From positions 1 through 34,458 of the forward strand of contig JYFJ02004552.1 of assembly GCA_000934665.2 (NCBI GenBank): a stretch of 34,458 nt of DNA. Reading direction: 5' to 3'. This stretch comes from Catajapyx aquilonaris (Eukaryota). Shown here piece after piece: positions 11,389-21,868 of this stretch. Every line of letters starts with the position of its first letter. Position 1 is the first letter of the stretch. Below the pieces are notes generated by a model. The model did no database searches, had not been told where the DNA came from, and saw only the letters and a list, made by a program, of their open reading frames with translations. The translations under genes and the position numbers were made by a program.

Positions 11389-12499
11389 AGCACTGATCAT
11401 TCCCCGGAGGAATATGTCCTTTACGACTCTTCTCCCATCCTTCATTCCACCACCCCTCAAGCCTCTCCTCCGTGGATGGCAGAAACATTGGAGAAAATTT
11501 CTCTCACACCTACCGAAGTGGAAAGGTTACGTGTTTTGTTACACACGTACCAGCACCTGTTCAGTACGTCGTCCTTTGACATTGGTCGGACACAGATGGT
11601 CCCCCATGTTATTAACACAGGCGATAGTACGCCAAAGAAACAGCAATTTCGGAGGGTTTCTCCCCTCCAGAAAAAAGTCATTACAGAACAAGTTGAAGGG
11701 ATGATGCAACACGGGATTGTTAGCCCGAGTCGGAGTCCTTGGAGTAGTCCTATTTGTTTGGTCTCCAAACCCGACGGAAGCATCCGGTTCTGCATTGATT
11801 ACCGCCATGTGAATGCTGTCACCCAGACAGACGCCTATCCGCTGCCTCGGGTTGACGATTCACTAGACGCGCTTTCAGGCGCTAAGTACTTTTCAACCCT
11901 GGACTTAACTTCAGGGTATTGGCAAGTAGATATCTCTCCAGAGGATCGTCCTAAAACTGCTTTCTCCACCCCCGGTGGAGGCCTCTATGAGTTTAACGTG
12001 CTGCCCTTTGGGTTAGTAAACGCACAATCAACTTTTCAAAGACTCATGGAGCAAATCTTAGCAGGTCTGACGTGGGAGAAATGTCTCATCTACTTAGATG
12101 ACATACTGGTCTTCTCATCATCTTTTACGGAACATCTCCAGCGACTTGAAGATGTTTTCCTCCGTCTACAGGCAGCAAACCTGAAGATGAAGCCAGCCAA
12201 ATGCCAATTTGCTTTGCCAGAAATTAAGTACTTAGGACATATAGTGAGCCAGCAGGGAATACACCCTGACCCTGGAAAAATCATAAGTGTCACAGCTTTT
12301 CCCCAGCCAAAGACGGTAAAGGAAGTCCGAGGTTTCATAGGTCTCGCCTCCTATTACCGCCGGTTTGTACCTAAATTTTCGGAGAGATCCAAACCTCTCC
12401 ATGCATTAACGAGTACAAAGGCTGTGTTCAAATGGGGAAAAGAGGAACAAACATCCTTCGACACTTTAAAGCAGAAGTTAACAACTGCTCCGATTCTAT

Positions 12500-14559
12500 T
12501 GTGACCGTACCGGTTTTACTATGTCTAAACGTCCTACAGTTCAATGCATTCTGATGCAGCCTTGCATCACCTTTATATCAGTGCATATTTGATTACCCCA
12601 TTCGTTTCACTCCATACTTTCTGCCAGCATATGTCACGTGACTTTTCCTTTTGCTTCCACCCATCATGCATTGTACTCTGCTATATAAGGGAGTGAATTG
12701 TTTCACTCCAGGCCTTTTCCCCCGGACAATATCCCGGGGGACTGGTCGTGCCCCACCTCACCTTGATATCCTTTTTTCCTTTCACTAAATGTTTGTAAGA
12801 TAACACATTAAAGAGGATGACAGAACTGAACCCACTGACTATTTACTGTGTGTACCTAACCGCTCGGGTCACACGTAAAAGTGGTGTCAGAAGTGGGATC
12901 CTGATGTTCTACCTCTGTGTTATATGGGACACCTACTCGCCCCTAAACATGGGAGAATCCAACTAGATTCTGATGTGTGCCCTTACGCTTGATACTTACT
13001 CGGATTGTATCTCAGTACTGAGTGCATCCGTGAGGAGAGTAAAACCGCTCTTCCTCTTCCTTCCTTACGGGTTTCATGGCCCTACCCCATGTGGGAGACC
13101 ATGCCCATTCCTTACCCCTCCTATTGGATGAGCAGAACCACTCATCTTTCCTTGTTGCTACGAACACAACCGTTCCAGCACAATACCCTCCTTATACGAG
13201 TACATTATCTCGTTCCCTTGTTCCTTCAACCCTTCCTATGGCTATGTGCAATCCTAGCACTAGTTGAAGAAGAAGTAACCACTTCTGAAGAAGAAGAAAC
13301 CTTCTGTTTGACGTCTGACTGCGTACAGACCCGTACGAGCAGTCTTCCGGCGGATTGGAGCATCCCCAGCTCACCTTCCTCGACTGGAACGAGCGTCTTG
13401 GACTCTGTGTGAACCTGACACGACGAGTCAAAACTTTTGTACAAACCCCGTACAATTCCCCACTGTGGCTACGTACCTCTACAGTTACGGACAGTCATGA
13501 TACGAGGAGAAGCAGTTCTACGACTACAATCAACCCAAGCAGTCGTATGAATACGAGCAAAACCCATGCTCTTTGCCCATCCTCACCACCCCTTCCTAAG
13601 GCCATACGAGCAAACAGCTCTTGGTTCCTTGTGGCTACGGGCACAACCGCCCTATCCACTTATTCCTTCGATCACAACGATCTTATTCCTTACTGGCATG
13701 AGCCATTCCTACCCCTACTCCCTTATTCCTTAACTCAACGAAAGTTCACGTGCCTACCCAGCACGTACAACCCCCTCTGGAGAAGAAGAAGTACCGGGCT
13801 TGCCACGCTGTTTCCACCAACGTACGAGATGCAGTCATCTTACGTATACGAACAGCCCAGTTATGTCTACAATCAACTGTGCGTACATCAATACAAGTAC
13901 CGCTACGAGGACCTCGACTTCGTCTACGAGTGTCTCTACAAGTGCTTCCGCACTACGGCTACGTGCAGCTCCGGTATGAACATTACCAACCGACTCGTGA
14001 GTACCAACGAGTGTTATACGAGTTAAACCAAGCATGAGATGTTATCTTATGAGTGTGAACAACCAACATTTGACACAGCAGCGGTTATGTCATTATACTC
14101 ATGAGTTTTGTTCTCATTGTGTGGTATGCCTAAAATGTGCGATGAACATGTGTGTTTAACCTTGTGAGGACAAACTCTACCACAGGACCAAGGACACGCA
14201 CTTTTCAAAGCTAAATCACCCCCCCCCCCTTTTTCATTCATTCATAAACAGTTTGGGGACTACCTGGGTGACCTCGCACATCTTTTTTTTTTGTTGCCCT
14301 GCAGTACAGCAGGGGGAGGCTCTTTCTTTTTTCATTCACGAAGAGGATGATGGGAGCCACCTTTGAATTCGGACAATCAGACGACGCATTTGATGGGAGT
14401 CCAACGCGCACATGTTGGACCTATTCCCGAGACGACTAGAGAAAAAACCCGCAAGAAGAATCAGCTGTATCCAACCCGTTATGACACATTAAAGAGGATG
14501 ACAGAACTGAACCCACTGACTATTTAGGCTGCTGTGTGTACCTAACCGCTCGGGTCACA
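12500..14559 (+). mobile_element. Nested non-coding LTR element C, related to B
   Basis: TSD CTAT (12496-12499, 14560-14563); 5' LTR 12500-12873; PBS 12882-12899; partial 3' LTR 14484-14559; removal restores APILSYPRFTEPF. Confidence 0.93.
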
Positions 14560-14563
14560 CTAT

Positions 14564-16938
14564 CATACCCTAGGTTCACCGAACCTTTTCCAATTTATAC
14601 AGACGCTAGTGGTACCGGAATCGGAAACATCTTGGCCCAAATACAAGATGGTGTAGAAAGAGTGCTTGTGTACTCAAGTAAGTTACTTTCGCCAGCCGAG
14701 AGGAACTATTCCGTGATAGAACGCGAAGCTCTAGGCATGATCCAGGCGCTAAAAACATTTCGGCCATATATCTACGGCCAACGGTGAGAGATCGTAACCG
14801 ACCACAATCCGCTGAATGGCTGCGCGCCATGAAGAACCCATCAGGCAAATTTGCAAGATGGATATTGCTCATGGAGGAGTACGCTCCGCACATCATCTAC
14901 ACACCGGGCAAACTCCTGTCACATGTAGACGCCTTGTCTCGGTATCCTCAACCGGGAACCGAGGTGGAATTCTCGCCCATCAGCGAATATCCCCTCGCTT
15001 TAAACTGGCAATCACAAGACCCGGATATCACGGAAGTCCGACGCCATTTGCGTCATGGTCTCCCCCTTTCTACTACCTCTGTATGGAGAAAGGATATATC
15101 GCATCTTGTTGTCGACGGCGACTTGGTCTTCCGTCGCAAGGGCACCATTGATAACGAAGTGGTCATTCCTCCTAATCGAGGGAAAACCATCTTCGAAATG
15201 TATCATGACTCCTTAACCGGAAGTCATTATGGCTACGAGAAAACATACAGCCTACTGAGAAACCGTGTATACTGGCCGGGGATGAGTTCGGACATTATGC
15301 AATGGTGTAAGGAGTGCATAATTTGTCAGCAAACCAAATCACCAAGAACCAAATATAGGGCCCCGTTGCAACCCATTGAGGTCGGGTCCCCTATGCAAAT
15401 GCTGGGAATCGATTTGGTCGGTCCGCTACCCATCACTGCCGCAGGGAATCGGTACATATTATAGTAATCGTCGATTTCTTCACAAAATGGGCAGAGGCAT
15501 ACCCTCTTCCCCGAATCGACGCTGTAACAGTAGCCCAAGCTGTTGTAAAAGAACACATATGTCGGTACGGCCTTCTTTCTTGCCTACTCTCCGACAAAGG
15601 CACCCAATTTGATAGCTCTATCTTTCACGAAATTGGCAAAATCTTCGCCTTCGGGAAGGTACGCACCGCATCATATCATCCCCAAGAAAACGATATGGTG
15701 GAGTGCTTAAATGGGGCACTAGTACAACTATTGAAAGCTCAGGTAGCCGCGAACCCTACTGATTGGGACGAGTGTCTACCGTATACGTTGTTTTCCTATC
15801 GCAACAACTCCCATGCCTCCACCGATACTACTCCGTTTAAGTTGGAATTCGGACGGGACGCCAAACTCCCCGAAGACCTCCTGGTAATAGGGAACACCAA
15901 CCTAGCTGAGTCTTCTTCAGCCCATGTCAAAAGGATGTCTTCCGACATGCGTACTCTTTTCAATAACGCACGTCGGCGGTTAAACGCCGCACGGTTGAAA
16001 CAAAAGACACAGTATGATAAACGCACCCACGGTCAACCATGCTCTAAAGATTCCTGGGTATGGCTAAAAGGGGCGTACATAAAAAGCTACAAAAGCCCTG
16101 GTCGGGCCCATTTCAGGTTCTTCGTCGAATCGGCGAGACCACATACGAGATTCGTGATATGGACGCCAAAGTAGAAAAAGTACATTTCAACCGGCTAAAA
16201 CCGGCCTTTGGCGATTTTACTTCTCCTCGCCCACAACCACCAGTTATACCTGTACAGGCCCAACCATTAAGCTTCTTCCAGCCGTCCATGACTCCTGGCC
16301 CTACAAAACCTCCTGACACTCCTGTTACCGAGTCGTCATCCTCTTCCTCAGAGAGTTCCCCTGACCTAACAATCAGACCTGATGACCAACCGGAAGCCTC
16401 TGAAGCGGATACCATGGAGGAAGAGTCGACATGCACAGAAGAGCCTTCTACCACTCTTACCGTAGAAAAACCGCCAGCCGTGCCTGCCAATGAAGAGCCA
16501 GAGACATCGCAGACAGCAACAACCGACGATGTCAGCTTGACCTCACCAAGCGACGTTGGAGAAACAGCTTCGATACCAGAAGCCCTGACTCCAACACCGA
16601 GACGCACTATGGATCCTCGCAGCGTAGCCATCGCTAAGAGATTTCTACGCGCAGCCGCCGCTAGACCTCTACCGGTCCAGCCCATTGACCCACCAAGCAC
16701 CTCTTCGACGGCGTTAACACAACCGCCTAGTTCAACTCGAAGAGGCACCTTCAGACCCCAGTTGGGACTGAAGGAAGGACAACCGGGACCTTCTGGGACA
16801 GCACCTGCTCAACCCAGAGTAATCCCCACCAGACAGTTCTACCCGAAGGTATACTTCCGAAGCCGAAAATATCCGACCCAACTCGGCGTGTCCGGAGTCC
16901 ACCACCAGGGAGCAAAGACAGACCAACATACACAGTGA
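14564..16938 (+). pseudogene. pol: pol of element B, 3' part: RNase H + integrase + long low-complexity tail
   Basis: YTDAS, NYSVIEREAL, TDH; HHCC zinc finger; GIDLVGPLP; SDKGTQF; WSGPF (GPY/F). Several frameshifts. Confidence 0.95.
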
Positions 16939-17241
16939 CCGATGACGAAGACCCGACCCCAGAACTTGGGTCATCATCCTTCTTCAGTGACTGTGGCTCC
17001 ACCTTCGGGAAAGACAATATGAACGTTGACCAATCATTAAGCTTATCGGAAATTCTTTCTTTATATGACTATTAAGTCTGTAAGGTGTATTAGATTTACG
17101 ACTGGCCAGTCTCTCGCTTAAGGTGTATTTAAAAAGGGTAACATAACGTATTGACATAATTATGTAAAATGTTCAAGCACTCCAGATACTTTCACTATTG
17201 GCACCCAATCCAACCGGGTGTTGTAGCTTCGTGCGGAGGTG

Positions 17242-17624
17242 TGTGACCGGATTTTTTCCGGTCATGTAAAATTTCGCCTCATTGTATCAACTGATTTTGG
17301 CATAACTGTACAAGCTGTACCATGTGACAGTCGCCCACTCTATCTCCCTCCATCATGACGCGCACCACGTGTCTCCTACCCGGCTCGTACCCATCCTGCC
17401 TTGCGGCCTCCCCTTTATAAACGAGTGTCGCCGTGAAATCGAGGCCAGTGCCCAGGAGAATATCCAGGCACTTGGTCAGTCCGCTAGTCAGGACATTCCT
17501 CACTCTCTTTCCTTACCTTTTCACTTTGTACGGTACTTACTGATCGCCTCTCGGACCAATAAAAATCTGTACTTGAACATACCCACTGAGTCTTCTTCCG
17601 TGTGATCCAACCGCTCGGGTCACA
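17242..17624 (+). repeat. 3' LTR of element B (383 bp)
   Basis: Direct repeat of 8786-9167. Confidence 0.97.
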
Positions 17625-17914
17625 ATAGCAACACGTTTTCTAGATATTCAAGCTTTTTGTTGACATCTATGCCTTGTTACTGTTGTCTCAAGTCATATAA
17701 TTGTCTCCATACCATGACTTTGACTCCCGATGACCCTAGTTGAAAGAGAGAGAGAAAAAAATAGTCGGAAAAAAAGAGATGCAAAAATTTACGTTAACAG
17801 CACATGAGAAAAGGGGGGGNCACGGGGGGAGTTACGTACTCCTTAGGGGGGGGGGGGGTGGATTACCACCATTGGGGTTTTCGTTGGAGCGAGTTAAGAT
17901 AGAATCTTATTAGT

Positions 17915-18143
17915 GTACTCCAAGGGTGGGTGGGAGGGGATGTGCAAAGTGCAATGCAATGTCTCTAATCGTCATTTTGTGAACTCCCCCGGGTGGCTTA
18001 GTCTGTCGGAAATTGCCACCCGAAACGAAGCCAGAGATGACCCAACTCTGCACGAAATAAGGTGGGAACCCCGGGTGGGGATTGAACCCGGGACCTTAAC
18101 TTCCGTGGGCGCGCGCGTTACCGCGGCGCCACTCCGTCTCCCC
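17915..18143 (-). mobile_element. tRNA-derived SINE (family SA), 3'-truncated
   Basis: A-box GTGGCGCCGCGG and B-box GGTTCAATCC; aligns over about 220 bp with 20188-20410. Confidence 0.85.
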
Positions 18144-18763
18144 GTTATATAATATGAAATAGAAAGCTGACTCTTCAAAATGTCATAAATACAGTATAAC
18201 AGCTCGGAAGGCGTCGGCAGCATAACTTAATCATGTTTGAATATTTCACATTTGGCGAAAAAAGTAGACAAATTATTGCGTAATTTCGAGGACTAATAAT
18301 TACTTATAGACTAGTCATATTATTGTAAGAAACACTTTAAAATATAGTACATACCTGCTTCTGAAGCTTCCATATTGGAACAGTTCACAAATATTTTGTA
18401 TAACTGAAAACAACACTAAGCCGTAAATTGCGCTTGAAATTAGCTAAATAATACGCGAACAACTGTCTTCAACTGTCAACTGCTGGTACGGATGAAGGGT
18501 TACACCTATGAGAAGCACAACTGTATGTCATAATAGTCTCGTCATTCATCTGATCCAGGAAACTAATTTTTTTTGGAATCAGTAACATTTAAAAAAAATT
18601 AAATTTTGTCCAGCTTTTGAGGCCAAATACTACACTGTGCGGCGTCAGGCTGTCTGGCTGGACAGACTGCGGGCGAGGAGTGCCCGGAGACATGGGAGTG
18701 GGAGCCGAGCGCACCTGGTAGCTCGTCCGTTGGAGTTGCCTTCCCGCCGGTGTCTGGATGATG

Positions 18764-18766
<3 letters not shown>

Positions 18767-18824
<58 letters not shown>
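18767..18824. repeat. (GA)n microsatellite
   Basis: Perfect dinucleotide run. Confidence 0.98.
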
Positions 18825-18826
<2 letters not shown>

Positions 18827-19140
18827 AGCCACGGAACCCACAGAACACAAATGTCCCCGGGACCGCCCGCGGACGTCGCTTAAATCCCAGATTCATCCCG
18901 GATAATCTGGACGTCTGCAATATACGTCCTAGGGATGAAAGGCTGTGACGTCATAGGGACGGCCCGCACAAGGTATCCCAGGACCATCCCTAAAGTCCCG
19001 TTCTCGTCCCGGACGATAGGGACCTCCAGGACGCCTGTCTTTCATCCCTACTACGTACTGCGGAAGTCCTCCACATGGTATCCCAGGACCATCCCGCAAG
19101 TCCCGCTCTCGTCCCAGACGATAGGGACCTCCAGAGGACG

Positions 19141-19661
19141 AAAAACGTCTCCCCACAGCCAACTCCACATCGACACCTCGCCTGCGCGCCATCATGCGGG
19201 AGGACCGGGAAGCGGTATACGAGATAGGGCAGTATACGTGAAGATAGGGCTGTATACGCTGAGGATAGGGCTGTATCCGCTGAGGATAGGGCTGTATCCG
19301 CAACGTGTGAAGGTTAGGTTAGGTTAGGTTGGGTTAGTACATCGTACCCCTACCCCCTGCCCACATCAAGCAGTGAAAATTAATATTCCAGCACTGAAAA
19401 TATCAACACGTTCGCCCCCTCCACGTAATTCGTCATTTAACTGCGCGGCGGCCTGACCTCTGCGCTACACAGTATAAGAACCCCCATCGGAAGTAGCCAT
19501 CCCAGCGATGGCTGCTGTAGCGTATTGGTCAGCGCGCTCGACTATAGATCAGAAGGCTGCAGGTTCGCGTCCCAGTGAGGCTTCTTTTTTTCCCCATCCT
19601 TTTGGCCAGCAGGCGCGCAGGCGAGGTGCCGATGTGGAGTTGGCTGTGGGGAGACGTTTGT
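19141..19661. mobile_element. Non-autonomous TIR element, copy 2
   Basis: Same termini as 2514-2962; perfect 8-bp TSD AGAGGACG (19133-19140, 19662-19669). Confidence 0.9.
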
Positions 19662-20187
19662 AGAGGACGTCTATATCGGCACCACATTGGCAGCTTCCCG
19701 CGTCCGGATGGCGCTGCCTGTCGGTGTATTGTTGACAGCCTTCTCCGATTTATCCCACAACATTGCGAATTAATTTTGTCCAGGACACATGTGCAAAGGT
19801 GGCAGGAAACTCCACTGCATGCAGCTCATGTACCCCCGAGGTACTTCATTGTGACATTAATTTGCTAGAGTCGTTCGATGGCAAAGCTTATGGTGCGAGC
19901 AGGACAATCCGCGGTACAGAAAGGCGGCTTTTTCTGCGACGGCTCAACATCAAGAAGTGACATACAAGCCGGGCGCCTCAGAACTTCTTTGAAAACAAAC
20001 CAACCAACCATGCGAAGAAGAGAATAATTAAAAACCCAAAAACCAACTTCCCCATCCCCAGTTAGCAATCCCAGGTGGGTCCAATGTGGGGCCCACAAAC
20101 ATGTCAACCCGCCGAGGTACACGGGGCGTGCGTGTGATGTCCGATTCCGGTCCCCATGTCATCCAGGTGACGTACTAAATCAGTGCA

Positions 20188-20536
20188 AGGGAGGCGGAGT
20201 GGTGCTGCGGAAACGTATGCGCCCACGGATGTTAAGGTCCCGGGTTCGATCCCAGCCCGGGGACACCCCCTTCATGTCGTGCAGAGTTCATTGGGTCACC
20301 TCTGGCTTCGTCTCGGGTGGTATTTCCTACAGACTAAACCACCCGGGGGAGTTCACTAAAAATGGCCACATAAAGACATTGCACTGCACCTTGCACATCC
20401 CCTCCTGTCATCCTGCCCGTGGGCCCGGGCGCTACGTATAAAGGCTCCAAATGTACTTGACATAATAAATAAAGGTCCGTGCTGCATACCTCAGATGAGG
20501 TCAAGCACTACCCCGGATTATTATTATTATTATTAT
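20188..20536 (+). mobile_element. Full-length tRNA-derived SINE (family SA)
   Basis: A and B boxes; (TTA)n tail; TSD TAC(T/G)AAATCAGTGCA at 20173-20187 and 20537-20551. Confidence 0.9.
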
Positions 20537-21356
20537 TACGAAATCAGTGCACATATCATCCCGCGGAAGTTCACAGGACGTACACGGGATGTCACAACTC
20601 ACAATCTGGTCCCTATGTGCTATGTGATCCGGGGGATGTCCTTTGGCCCATCCCAGGGACTTTCCAGGGACGTCGAAACTTTTCCAGTTCGTGATCCCTG
20701 GACCGTCCCAGGGACCTCCGCTTCCGGATCTTGGACCTCCCTTGGACGTCCCTTCATCCCAATGTGACATCCCTGGGACGTCCTAGGTACGTCTTTGTGT
20801 TATGTGGGCTGCCACCCACAGCCTCCCACTGCCCCGGGCCCCTCGAATCCTCCTCCCCTACTCAACTCTGACACTACGTCATCTGTTATTGCGTCATGTT
20901 GCCCTTTTCCCGATACGTCAGCTAGGGCGCATTCTGATACTCCACACTTTAATGCGGTGACGTCACGGGTGTTCTGTAAACGGATGCCACCTCGCTCCGA
21001 CCAACTTTTGCGTAAAAATACTTGCTGTGTTCGCGTGGGAGAGTGGGAGAAGTGTGGGGCGGCCGGGGACACTTGCATCGGGCCTCAGAGACTTACGGAG
21101 ACCGAGGAGGACCTGCGCTGGACCGGACCAATTCGCGCCGAAGGCGCGCAAGTGGGGCGCAGCCTCACGGGGGGCTGTGGGGGGGGGGGGCGATGCCCCC
21201 CGGCCTCACAAATCGAGTCCCCCTATACCCTCCTATATCCTCGTCTAGGGGCGTTATACAGGGTGTTTATTGTAACTCTGCAAAGACTTTTAGTGGTAAT
21301 AGAGGGGACCAAGACACGTATTTTTGACATAGGAACCCGTGTCCGGAAACGCCATC

Positions 21357-21357
<1 letters not shown>

Positions 21358-21420
<63 letters not shown>

Positions 21421-21750
21421 TTACCCCGTGATGTCCCTTATGGGAGCTATAGGGGGGTGGCATACCACCATCAGTTTTCTGATATATTTTCGCTTCAATC
21501 ACCGGTGCAAGGAAACAGGGACAATGGGAAAGGATAGGGATTTTTGGGGAGGGAACATGGGTGCAAGGTGCAATGTCGCAGCTAATGGGTCATGTGCTGT
21601 TCCCCAGGAGGTTAGGTTGCCAGACACCTCCTTGGTGCAGGTCAGAGACCCTCCTGACGCAGGTGAAAGGAAAGTTCCCCAGGCGGGGATCGAACCTGGG
21701 GCCTTTCACTCAGCAAGCCGAGACATTACCATCACGGCCACCACACCTCC
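21358..21750 (-). mobile_element. tRNA-derived SINE (family SB) with (TAA)n tail
   Basis: B-box GGTTCGATCCC; 15-bp TSD CCGGAAACGCCATCT (21343-21357, 21751-21765). Confidence 0.9.
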
Positions 21751-21868
21751 CCGGAAACGCCATCTAGAGGGGGTTCATAGACAAGGAACGGGTGCGCTCA
21801 GACGCGTCAGGCGAGAGGCGCTAGGCGAGCGGACTGTTTTGTTGATAGATGGCGCTCGGATAGTAACC

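Larger units (their letters stand above)
10565..12499 (+). pseudogene. pol: pol of element B, 5' part: aspartic protease + RT
   Basis: ALTDTGA protease motif; frameshift near 10845; RT motifs FCIDYR, LDLTSGYWQ, PFGLVNA, YLDD; interrupted at APIL by the nested insert. Confidence 0.95.
8786..17624 (+). mobile_element. Full-length Ty3/Gypsy LTR retrotransposon B (disabled)
   Basis: Two near-identical LTRs; 4-bp TSD ATAG (8782-8785, 17625-17628); PBS; gag; PR-RT-RH-IN order. Confidence 0.97.
18837..20808. mobile_element. Probable CMC/EnSpm-like non-autonomous DNA transposon hosting nested inserts
   Basis: Ends CCCACAGAACACAAA / TTTGTGTTATGTGGG; dense GGACGTCC-like subterminal repeats at both ends; no clear TSD. 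Confidence 0.6.

Noticed and set aside
13355..14026. 223-aa ORF as env or accessory gene
   Set aside because: Starts at TTG, has no recognisable domain, signal peptide or TM segment, and its Y/E richness mirrors the TACGAG repeats; not fully excluded
16113..16748. Antisense 211-aa ORF in element B
   Set aside because: Shadow of the low-complexity integrase tail
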